Assembly (NCBI GenBank): GCA_004764695.1
Contig: SMSO01000037.1
Location: 2,890,747-2,954,746, forward strand
DNA from: Schizochytrium sp. TIO01
Lineage: Eukaryota; Protista; Bigyra: Labyrinthulomycetes
Length of the DNA stretch: 64,000 nucleotides
Reading direction: 5' to 3'
In this document: positions 20,788 through 30,570 of the stretch, piece by piece
How the letters are laid out: every line of letters starts with the position of its first letter
Position numbering within the stretch: position 1 is the stretch's first letter
Made by a program: the position numbers and the translations under genes
Notes under the pieces: model-generated
What the model was told of the DNA's origin: nothing
The model's database searches: none
The model's input: the letters and a program-made list of their open reading frames with translations, nothing else

Positions 20788-23700
20788 TTAGACAAAATCA
20801 ATATCCTCGGGACGGAAGTTTGGATCATCCTCATCCTCTTCAGTATTGGTAAACACGGAACGCGTCTGGCGGCGCCGTGTGAACAGGGTTCCAGAAAATG
20901 TCGAAGGGCGACGGTTTCTTGGGCCACTGCTTGCAATGCTACGTTGCATGCCGCTGTCACTGCGCTGAAGGGTGCTGTCACTTCGGTATGCGTTGGCGTT
21001 GTTTGTTCTCGCGGCGGCAATTGACCTCGGTTGCTGAAATGTCAGGTCCGTACCAGCGGTCTCGTAGCCGTCCTCATAGTCCTCATACTCGTCATCATAC
21101 TCGGTGCCATAGTCTGCTGTAGTCACAGTGTCTCGTTTGAAACGTGTAAAAAAGCCTGTTAGTCCTGATTTGCTTGTGCTTGCCGAGTAAGCGGAGCCAC
21201 GATGGCGTCTCGGTTTTGGCACAGCGGGACGAGACGCCCCAGATTTCTGGTCAAAATCATGCTCGGCCGCTTGTGGGGCCCTGCGAGCTGTGGCAGTGGC
21301 AGTGGCAAGAACATTTCGTTGACTCTCGCTTTGTGGTAGAGGCTGGGCAAAATTCTGCCCTCCCATATTCTCAAGCTCAAGCGACCGAGTTGACACGCGG
21401 CTGTCCCAAGAGAAATGTGTACCACGGCGACTAGCCACAAGTGGGATTTTCTTCCGCTTGTGACGCGGAAACAATGCAAAAGCAATGAAGAATAGAGTGA
21501 TGAATTCAAGAGCAGCCCCCAGACCAAAAGAAATCATCCCGTTGAGCGTCCAGATACCTGGCGAAGAAATCATTTTCGTTCCCAAAGCGATTACATAAGA
21601 GCAGCCAACCAAAAGAGCTAAGACCACAACAAAAAAGAGCAATCTTGCAGGGTTATACCATTTTGCACGGATATGGTATCGCTCCTCCATTCGACTCAGT
21701 GCACGCTCGTTACGCATGAGAGAGTAAGAAACATTTGCTTTCCCACCATAAATACGATAAAGTCCATCGTTAAGTACTCGGAAGAACCATACGGAATTCA
21801 TGATACCTTGGAAGAGTCGGAAGTACTTGGAGTGTTTAACATGGTCGTGCATGGACTTGAAGTACTTCAACTGTCCACGTTTGATAAATACCTGCATCTG
21901 GCGCTTGCACAGTTGTTCAAGTTCTGGATTTGCGGTACGTTGCACTGCGTTATTCTCCAAATCAATATTAGCTTGATCATTTTGCTCTTGCTGCTGGCGT
22001 TGAACTTGTCGAGGGTTACGCCAAGCGACTTCGTTAGGGTTTCTCCGAGCCGGTTTTTTTGCTTTCTTTGACTCTGGCTTCTGATAATGATGCCAAGGAG
22101 AATTTGTGATAGCAATTGCTTGTGCTTGCAAATGAGGCACACGTCGAAGAACATGTCGTTCATTTTGTGAAAGAGAGTAAAGTGAAAGGCGGTAGAGGAG
22201 CATGACAAAGGTCACTGTGATTGCACCAACAGTGAAACCAGCTACTGACATCTGCAATGTGTTGGTTTCGGTTATCAAATACGAAACATAGACACTTGCG
22301 AATGCAGCAAGCAAACCCATCGGGATACCAAAGCTCCTTGAGATGCGTGATAATTCGGAATTATAGTATATGATACCAACAATCGAGTGCGCACGTAATA
22401 CATCTCTCAGAAGCTCAATGAATGACTTCGTTGCGCTGCGAGGTTTGGCCTTATACGTCCGAAGTTTTTCAAAAGCATCACGTTGCATAAATTTCAGGCT
22501 TTCTTTTTCTTTCTTAAAGTGGCGCATTGCTAGGAAGGCAAGAACAGCGCCTTTTTGAACTCTAGCCGAATCCTTGACATCTGCGCGATACAATACAAAA
22601 GTAATTGCAAGCCAACTACCAAGTGTTCCGGCGATAATCTTAGCTATCAGTTTACCATCATATCCCACACTGGTGGTGTAGCGTGACACAAAAAAACCCG
22701 CAAACTGGCTCCGATCACTGATACCTACACATTCGCAGGTCATAGACGCTCCATCTATCGTGATATCCGAGGTTATGTTAATGAGACGACAGTTAGAGCT
22801 TGACCATGCATTGATGGTTGAGTTCCACATACCACATGCAATCCCCGACGCGTCAGACGAATTGTAGCCATCGGGGTAAAGGATTTCCAAGGTAACGTTC
22901 ACAGATTGCTCAGATGCAGCAAAAACTACAGAGCTGTGAATTAGCTCAAGGGATATCACATCTGTGACAACATTTTGGCTCACAACAACACTATCGTCAG
23001 CACTGTCATAGTCAAAAGATTCGACAAATTTGCTATCAAGACGGCGGCGCATACGTGTGAGGTCATCTAGGTCACGCGCAACGACCTTGAGGTTGTCTGA
23101 GCAGACACCGGATGGCGGAGCTCGGAATACTGCTGTCACGATCTCATCGTATATCGGTGATGGGCCTGGGTCAAACAGATCAGAAGATATATCAATGAAG
23201 GTAGAATCATCTGCTGGCTGAAAGCGGCCTGCAACTTCGTTAGAATAGACCTTCTTTGATGTAGACTGTAATGACGTTAACGAAACACTAAACGTCCCTT
23301 GATCAGCAAGCCTAGGTGCAAACACAGTTTCGACAATATTGCTGTGAAGCTCTGCGACAGAAAAGTTTGAGGAACATAGCTGAGAAAGCTCTGTCAGTTC
23401 TGCCAAAATTTCTGCCGCGATACCCATAGCTCCTTCGGGAACAATAAAGGCAATATTGGGCTCAATATTTGATTCTGAGGCTTCTTCAGCCTCGCGGACA
23501 ATATAATTGCGCCAGAGGAGTAAAGAGGTCTGGAACATTTCTGCGACACGGGCAGCCAAAGAAGCATCATCATCGTCGAGGCTAAGAGCAAGCTCATTAA
23601 GTACGAGCATGATAAGTTCGCCAAGTTGCGTTGAAAACTCGCGTTCATGGAGAAGGGCAAGAATTTCTTCCATGGCGGACGCAATGCTGTTCTTCAGCGC

Positions 23701-26667
23701 ACGAGTTTCGCTATCTGAAACGCTGACTAGAGCGCGTGTGACGACAGAAGTAAAGGCAAGTTGGTTGCGTAAACTTCCCGCTGGGTCTTCTGTGTCCACT
23801 TCAGTTTCTACATCGACATCATCCAGAGTCTCAGGTACAGAGAGCCGGATATATGTGGGTGTTGATGCCTTGGATTCTGCACCATATTGATCACGCGCGT
23901 ATGCTACAATTGAGGTGTATGAGACTTGGTCGGTCTCTTGAGTAAATGGTAGGACAATGTTAGCAAGAACAGAAGAAGAGCTCCATTCCGCGATTGACAC
24001 CGGTTCAGCATCAATTGTATTTCGTTCCAAAGCAAACTTGTACTCGTAGTTGTCCTCACTATCAGTAGCATCTGCAAGCACAGCTGTAAAGTTAAACCTT
24101 GTTACTCCAGCTGTACCTTGAGATCGCGAAACTGTCATTGTGGGGGCATCTGGGAAGCCGTAGACACGAAACCCAATTTCAGATTTTGAGCTGGTCATAT
24201 TTTCTTGCGCGACAGTTAGCTCATAGCGAAAGTTGACCTTGCCAGATGATGATGCAGGTACGGTGTAGGGTTTTATGGCGAGATTTGGTGAGGTCGAGGA
24301 TGTAGCGTATACTTTGGCTAAGATGAGTTTTTCTGCCGCAGAAAACGTACAAGAGGATCGATTCACCAAAGCTCCAACCTCTTCCTCGAGATCATCAGTA
24401 AAGTGTCCAGCAGTGCGAACCCAGCAATAGTGCAATGGGAGGTCTGACCTGGCTTGTTTTACTTTTGTAGACAAGACGATACCTTCATGAGAGTAGGTAA
24501 CTTCATTGACGTTGGTGATGGCCACCTTCACTGTTGATACACTTCCTGTTGTCGGTGTCGCCGTTGTGGGACTTGATGTAGGTCTTTGAGTTGGTGCTTC
24601 TGTGGTAGGGTTAAAGGTTGGCGCCAGTGTAGTAGGTTCAGGAGTGAGGCTGGTTGTGCCATTTGAAGGTGTTGATGTAGATGGGGGCATTGTTGTTGGC
24701 ACCTTTGTCGGACTGCGAGTAGGAATTTTGGTTGGAATACGAGTGGGTGCTTGAGTTGGCACAGAAAGTAGAACTTCGGTCCCACAGATGTCAGCCCAAG
24801 GCCTGGTCAATGATGGGACACGAGCGTCAGTAAGGTTCGGGTTTTGAATAATGTACGCTTGGGCTTTCGCGCCTTCATCAGAATGCTCCAAGTTATGGCA
24901 GTGTAGAGCAATTCGGCCAAGGAAAGTATCAGGCTCGAATCGGAATCGAATCGCCATATCTCCACGGGGACGGATAGTATCAACCCAATCTCCTCGCTTG
25001 TGGAAGCCTGTTTCATCAGAAATATCATCAAGAAGTTGATAGTGGTTAACATGGATGTGGAGTGGATGATTCAAGCTGGTAGCTGTCAGATCCCATTCTT
25101 GAACTTCACCTAATAACATAATAGACGCGTTTCGCTGACCAGGGTTGCCTGCTGCATTTGCTTCGTCAGCTGTGATCCAGTCCTTCGCAAACTCTTCGTT
25201 ATTGATTGACCATGGGTTGATAAATATAGTCCAGGAGCGATTCTCGGGGGCCTCCCAACGCTCAAGAAAATCTGGGCGAGCAAGCGTTGTTGACAATTCC
25301 TCAACTTGGGCTTGCGTAAAGCCAGAAAACTGGTTTGGACTCCGCTCAAGCAGGTCCGCTAGATAAAAGGGTAAACATGGGACATATGTGAATTCATCTG
25401 GGAGCTCTGATGTTTGTGAAGCCGCAACAACATTTAATGTCATCAGAAACTCTCGCTGATACACTGGATCAACTCGGCTTTCGTCCACAAGGCCATCTTC
25501 ATCAAAAGCATCGAAGTTGTCATACACGAGGGCTTTCGTTCCAATCGAGCCTGTGCAACGAATCAAAACGTCACAACGATTTGCAGGGTGGAGATGGATT
25601 GAGTGGTTGGCGGCAAAGTTAAGGTCACGAGGCCCACCCTTTAAGTATACACCATCGCGGCTGATAACGCGCACCTGACACTGAGCCGGTTCGGATTCAG
25701 ACTGATTGTAAATTGCCATTTTAAGGTCCCGGACTGCGGCAACATGAGCCATGCGCCAGCGATACCATACGCCTTGTTCAAGCTCCAAACGTGGCTTATA
25801 AAGTCCATTGATCAAGAAAAATCCATCGGATTTGTAATCTGCAAAGCCCTCCTCGGGGTCATCGTAGCCAACACTGCTAAGGTTAACACTGAAGGTGGTA
25901 TCCTTTAGATTAATTCGATGTGAGAAAGGGTCATTCTCCACTCCATCAGATAGGTCCAGGAGCCGAGGTGGGTCCATGTGTTGTATAAAGATGATTTGCT
26001 CAGGAGTATTCATAAGCTCTATGGGAATTTCTGAGCCATCATCTGCATCCTCGATAATGATCATGCCTGCTGCGCCTGCCCCGGTGAAGGAAACAGCAAG
26101 CGGGTGCATGTGCGGATGATACCAATGCGTACCACCAGCATGGTCAGTAGGCAACGTGTAATTATAAAGGTGCATTTCCCCGGGCTTGACTTTGATAGCG
26201 ACGTCATCTTCAGCGCCAGATACGTGTAAACCATGCGTATGGATGTTTGAAGTATGGTTTCCTGGACTAGGCGGGTCAAGGTCATTCATAAATTGCACAG
26301 TTACCTTTGCGCCTTTGTCCATACGTATTACAGGCCCTGGGACGGAACGTGCCCCGCCATTGGCTCCATAGCCCTTGCCATTCATGGTGAAGGACCCTTC
26401 ATGTGATATGATTCGGCTGTCACCTACCGTGGACTCCACTAAGTAAGGGAGGGAAAGCTCAATGGATCCAAATGAAAGGTTCATAGCATCTCCATCATGG
26501 AGCACGATTTCTTCAATAGGGCAGTCAGTCAAGAGAATACCTTCGTCATTGGAGTTGCAGGTAGTCGCGCTATGCACAAATCTTGCGCTTGCCAAGATCG
26601 CTAGCACTGCCACACCTAATACAACACTGGTTCTTGTCGCTGGTCTTGCCCTTTTCTTCTTTTGCAT
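20788..26667 (-). CDS. Multicopper oxidase - Thr/Pro stalk - REJ - GAIN/GPS - multi-TM polycystin-1-like fusion protein
   Basis: Signal peptide after the ATG at 26667 (alternative ATG at 26742). Four Cu motifs: HTHG, WYHPH, HPLHIH, HCHNLEH. PT-rich repeats, REJ-like GVTRFNF...YEYKF...ARDQYGA, GPS-like CGMW...WSSSNC...TCEC...FAGF, and about 5 hydrophobic helices. One uninterrupted ORF. Confidence 0.85.
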   Translation of the reverse strand: MQKKKRARPATRTSVVLGVAVLAILASARFVHSATTCNSNDEGILLTDCPIEEIVLHDGDAMNLSFGSIELSLPYLVESTVGDSRIISHEGSFTMNGKGYGANGGARSVPGPVIRMDKGAKVTVQFMNDLDPPSPGNHTSNIHTHGLHVSGAEDDVAIKVKPGEMHLYNYTLPTDHAGGTHWYHPHMHPLAVSFTGAGAAGMIIIEDADDGSEIPIELMNTPEQIIFIQHMDPPRLLDLSDGVENDPFSHRINLKDTTFSVNLSSVGYDDPEEGFADYKSDGFFLINGLYKPRLELEQGVWYRWRMAHVAAVRDLKMAIYNQSESEPAQCQVRVISRDGVYLKGGPRDLNFAANHSIHLHPANRCDVLIRCTGSIGTKALVYDNFDAFDEDGLVDESRVDPVYQREFLMTLNVVAASQTSELPDEFTYVPCLPFYLADLLERSPNQFSGFTQAQVEELSTTLARPDFLERWEAPENRSWTIFINPWSINNEEFAKDWITADEANAAGNPGQRNASIMLLGEVQEWDLTATSLNHPLHIHVNHYQLLDDISDETGFHKRGDWVDTIRPRGDMAIRFRFEPDTFLGRIALHCHNLEHSDEGAKAQAYIIQNPNLTDARVPSLTRPWADICGTEVLLSVPTQAPTRIPTKIPTRSPTKVPTTMPPSTSTPSNGTTSLTPEPTTLAPTFNPTTEAPTQRPTSSPTTATPTTGSVSTVKVAITNVNEVTYSHEGIVLSTKVKQARSDLPLHYCWVRTAGHFTDDLEEEVGALVNRSSCTFSAAEKLILAKVYATSSTSPNLAIKPYTVPASSSGKVNFRYELTVAQENMTSSKSEIGFRVYGFPDAPTMTVSRSQGTAGVTRFNFTAVLADATDSEDNYEYKFALERNTIDAEPVSIAEWSSSSVLANIVLPFTQETDQVSYTSIVAYARDQYGAESKASTPTYIRLSVPETLDDVDVETEVDTEDPAGSLRNQLAFTSVVTRALVSVSDSETRALKNSIASAMEEILALLHEREFSTQLGELIMLVLNELALSLDDDDASLAARVAEMFQTSLLLWRNYIVREAEEASESNIEPNIAFIVPEGAMGIAAEILAELTELSQLCSSNFSVAELHSNIVETVFAPRLADQGTFSVSLTSLQSTSKKVYSNEVAGRFQPADDSTFIDISSDLFDPGPSPIYDEIVTAVFRAPPSGVCSDNLKVVARDLDDLTRMRRRLDSKFVESFDYDSADDSVVVSQNVVTDVISLELIHSSVVFAASEQSVNVTLEILYPDGYNSSDASGIACGMWNSTINAWSSSNCRLINITSDITIDGASMTCECVGISDRSQFAGFFVSRYTTSVGYDGKLIAKIIAGTLGSWLAITFVLYRADVKDSARVQKGAVLAFLAMRHFKKEKESLKFMQRDAFEKLRTYKAKPRSATKSFIELLRDVLRAHSIVGIIYYNSELSRISRSFGIPMGLLAAFASVYVSYLITETNTLQMSVAGFTVGAITVTFVMLLYRLSLYSLSQNERHVLRRVPHLQAQAIAITNSPWHHYQKPESKKAKKPARRNPNEVAWRNPRQVQRQQQEQNDQANIDLENNAVQRTANPELEQLCKRQMQVFIKRGQLKYFKSMHDHVKHSKYFRLFQGIMNSVWFFRVLNDGLYRIYGGKANVSYSLMRNERALSRMEERYHIRAKWYNPARLLFFVVVLALLVGCSYVIALGTKMISSPGIWTLNGMISFGLGAALEFITLFFIAFALFPRHKRKKIPLVASRRGTHFSWDSRVSTRSLELENMGGQNFAQPLPQSESQRNVLATATATARRAPQAAEHDFDQKSGASRPAVPKPRRHRGSAYSASTSKSGLTGFFTRFKRDTVTTADYGTEYDDEYEDYEDGYETAGTDLTFQQPRSIAAARTNNANAYRSDSTLQRSDSGMQRSIASSGPRNRRPSTFSGTLFTRRRQTRSVFTNTEEDEDDPNFRPEDIDFV

Positions 26668-29070
26668 TACATTTCTCGTTGCGTCTCGTCCATCTTCCTT
26701 TCCTGTGCACGTGCTTGCGCCTTTCAATGTCCTCACAACCATCTCGAACTTCTGTACTCGTCTGTGAGTGATTAAGGTCTGCTTCAAGTTTATACAGCAC
26801 GTATGCAGCCTGACAGCTACACGCGCGACTCCAGCCCACCCAAGGCCAAAGCTTTTTAACTCCAGGAAACTGGCTCACGGTAGGCACTCCACACACGTCC
26901 ACTTAGCTCCTGTTTATATACTTTCGCACACGTCTTCTGCCGCCACAGATGCTTTGCCTCGTTGTTCCCCTCGTTTGAGGGCGTTTACTTTCTGCAGTTG
27001 CGAGTCTGTGCGTCTTCTACCCTGAAGGCCTCCACGATGAACAGACTTCTCTCCTCGACGCTCCGTTCACAGCCTTTACTTCGGCTTTTGATTTCGCTGT
27101 CACTCTTTCGGCCGCTATCGATAGTGCTGGAACACGTGAAAACTCGCTAACTGAGTAGATGAAACTGGAAAATCAATTATCCCGTTGGTCTGTCCCTGCG
27201 CAAGAACTGCGGAAAATCAGACGAGGCTTTGTTTTGTCCTTGTACTGCAGTCGGTTTGTCTTTCAGGACTGCATGTAAGCGCTAATGGCAAATACAATGC
27301 TTTTGTCTTCAGTTGTTATTTTCTCTTTTTTGCAAACTTGTACGTCGTTTACCTCAGAAACAAGCGTCGAGCACGTGCCAATCCAGCACCGCTGCGTCTC
27401 CTGCGCTCTCTCTCGCTTTGTGCTTTTGCTCAAGTGATGCGAGCCTGAGCATGTACAAGGGGTTGAGGTGGTCTTGACACACGACGTGCAGCTATTGATC
27501 TTAGTGCTGTCCTCGGCAGGAGTTTTGGTTTGCGCTTTTAGTCTTACTTAGGTGGAGAGGGATCTCAATTGAATGTAGAACACTGTTGTCCCAAAACTTG
27601 GGACATGGACTTTTACATCGGTAGGTCTCCGCGCCAGGTATTCCTTATATGCCCTCTAAACAGAGGGGAAGAGACTTATTCAAAGGGCAGAGTGTGCACG
27701 AAATAGGGGCTTCGTAAGGAGTCAAGATGGGGACACTCGTAGTCCATCGACGACGCGCAAGGGACTCCATATTGCTACCAGGCAGGAGTCCATTTCCTGT
27801 GGAGACGATGAAGGAAGGAGGAGGATCCTCGGCATTAAGTAAGGCCTGGGTAGAAGTAGTGCTTAGCTCGCTGTTATGGAGTACCACTGGCTAGATTAAA
27901 AAAGGCGCAACTTTTTTGTGGCGAATGCAGTACTACCTAGGGACTGCTTCTTGCTAGATTCTTTGGTTCAACCTGGAGGTTCACGCCCTCGGCCTTGGAT
28001 GGCAATGTTTCGGGCTCAGGCTCGGGAATGCCACCGCGTCGACCAACTGTAACGAGTGTGTGCGAATGGCTTGAAGCACTTGACTGAAAACGAGACTCAC
28101 CGTGCGACCCACCCCATCCTACATACTAATGGTAGGTAGGTGCATTGCCAAGGCTGTCGTCATGGTCTGGTGCATTTTGGAATAGCGTGACTAAGAGTGA
28201 GCATTGAGTTTGGCATAGCTCTGGAGCTGGACTTGTTTTGCGGTAACAGATATCAAAGCATTCTCTGTACGTAATGGGGCAAATACTGTAGGGAGGAGCA
28301 CGCAGGGACATGGGAAGGCTATGGGAGGCTGTCCTGTGTAGATTGCTTTTTGTGTTGTCTTCGGCTGTGTTATTGCAATGGAGGTTTGGTTGATTAACCT
28401 GGGGGTTGCTGTAATAGTTGTACGTTCCACCTTCAATGGAAATTGATTGTTACATGTTGGCCAAGTTAGAAATGTTTCTTCGTCAGCAAATTTCGTCTTC
28501 ATAGTATTTGAAAAATAAAATAAAAATAAAAACACTGAAGGATGCAGGTACCCCATGTAAGATTATAAGATCTGAAAGTTATTTTATCTTTTAATCGCGA
28601 ATGTTTACAAATATTCCAGGCGCAGATTAAAACAGGGGCTTATCAATTGCAATCAAGTAAACTGTTCTTATGTAAGTGTAGTGTTCACCGTCAGATGAGC
28701 AAGACCAAGGATATCTTGCTCCTTTGCTAGTAAGCTTTAAGTTGTGTTCTAAGATATAAGAGGGACATACTTCTAAATGAACGGAAAACATTGAACAGAC
28801 CGCAAGTTGGTTTACAGAAAAGAGAGAATGAAAACAAAGAAAAAATCAAACCATTTAACACTCCAGTGATGAAAACTAACCAAGGCGTACTAATTTAGAG
28901 GAATATAAACTGCCGAGTCTCAATAGAGTCCAAAATACAGTTGGCTGATGATAAGAAATTGTGAACAACACCTTCTTGGAAAATTGCCTTTTCTAATTTC
29001 TTCCGGCATTATTACCTTCTGTGTATTCAAGAAGATGTTCTTTCCAAGTGCGCAGAGACTGAGCTTCTAA

Positions 29071-30570
29071 TTATTCCGTAAAACCGCCACAAATTGCAGT
29101 TTCCGAACTGTGGCCAGACTTTGAGATCGCCTTTGCAGCATTGTAAAGGGCTTCTCGATAGCGTTCTGCAGGTTTTGTTTTGTCATATCTACTCTCTGTG
29201 GGTGACTCTGCAAGATTATATATGCCATGTTTAGCAGTCGCGAGCCATTTATACTCCTTACAGCGAGCAGTGAGGCGGGCGTGGGCATCTTCAATAATAA
29301 TAGGTTGATTTTCACGAACGTTTTGGGATGCTGCGGTGTCAATGTCTTCTAAAACAGACCATAAACTAAAGCTATCAGGCCCAGCAGTATCTGGGATACT
29401 TGTGCCTGTCATTGCTGCGAATGTAGCGAGCAAGTCAAGTTGACTGACAGGCTCATCCCATGTAGAGTTCGGTTTGATTTGATCTGGCCAGTGCATCACG
29501 AAAGGAACGCGATGGCCACCTTCGTAGAGCGTGCGCTTCTGGCCTCGGTAAATGTATGTGGTGTCAAATCCAGTTTTTTCGAACTTGCCTGCACCTTCAG
29601 TTCCGTTGTCGCTGGTGAAGACGATCAAGGTGCTGTTGTAAATACCAAGATTCTTGAGGGTTGTCATGATCTCTCCAAGACGATAGTCAATCTCTTCGAG
29701 ATAGTCAGTATATGCACCATATGTAGTACGGCCCACGAAGTCAGGGTGAGGGGTGTGAGGCAAATGGGGCGCTGTGACGGCAAGGTACAGAAAAAACTTC
29801 TGAGATGGATAGTTTGCCACGTGGTTCTCAATCATGTTGATGGCTTCCTTTGTCATGTTGCTCAGACAGTAGTGAGCACGATAGGAGGGTGCGACCGTGA
29901 TCGACCCATGCTTTTCAGAATACGGGAATTTGAGATTATAAGTACGGCAAGTTTTGTCTTCACTCGGGCAGGACTGAATGGCATCGCTAGAATGCTTCGC
30001 TTTTGCAGTATGCATATTAGGTGCTTCCGTAAATGTCCTGTTACGAATATATGACAGATATCCGTAGTTCATGGACGCTGGAATACCGAAAAACTCCTCA
30101 AAACCCGCATCCACGGGTCCTCCAGTGATGTTGCCATTCTCTAAGTCACTTGGCATGTCCATACCAAGATGCCACTTCCCAGACATAAGTGTGCGGTATC
30201 CAGCGTCTTTGAAAAGGTTAGCCAATGTGTAGTGGCCTGGGATCATCGGGGTTGCAGCAGCACCAATAGCACCACCGTTGGGGCGTTGGCGAAAGGAGTA
30301 TGTACCAGTTAGCAACGCAAATCGAGCAGGCGTGCAGACTGCTGCACCAGAGTGACCGTCGCTAAACTCAATACCATTCGCCGAAAGGGTTTCAAGGTTT
30401 GGCGTGCTGACGAGAGTAGGGTTATATTTTTGACGATCGCCGTATCCCTGGTCATCCGTATAGAAGATGATGACATTTGGGTTGGCTCCGAGTGACTCCT
30501 GGGCTCCTAGACACATGCCAATCAGCGCAAGCACTGCGTAAGCCAACGAAGAACCATGAAAAGACCGCAT
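29071..30570 (-). CDS. Secreted formylglycine-dependent sulfatase (family S1, arylsulfatase A-like)
   Basis: Signal peptide. Motifs PNVIIFYTDDQGYGD, CTPARFALLTG, GKWHLG, PHLPH, FTSDNG, YEGGHRVPF. Confidence 0.95.
   Translation of the reverse strand: MRSFHGSSLAYAVLALIGMCLGAQESLGANPNVIIFYTDDQGYGDRQKYNPTLVSTPNLETLSANGIEFSDGHSGAAVCTPARFALLTGTYSFRQRPNGGAIGAAATPMIPGHYTLANLFKDAGYRTLMSGKWHLGMDMPSDLENGNITGGPVDAGFEEFFGIPASMNYGYLSYIRNRTFTEAPNMHTAKAKHSSDAIQSCPSEDKTCRTYNLKFPYSEKHGSITVAPSYRAHYCLSNMTKEAINMIENHVANYPSQKFFLYLAVTAPHLPHTPHPDFVGRTTYGAYTDYLEEIDYRLGEIMTTLKNLGIYNSTLIVFTSDNGTEGAGKFEKTGFDTTYIYRGQKRTLYEGGHRVPFVMHWPDQIKPNSTWDEPVSQLDLLATFAAMTGTSIPDTAGPDSFSLWSVLEDIDTAASQNVRENQPIIIEDAHARLTARCKEYKWLATAKHGIYNLAESPTESRYDKTKPAERYREALYNAAKAISKSGHSSETAICGGFTE

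Noticed and set aside
27550-28556. Cys-rich minus-strand ORF fragments upstream of the MCO fusion
   Set aside because: No recognisable domain. Cannot be distinguished from random intergenic ORFs by eye.
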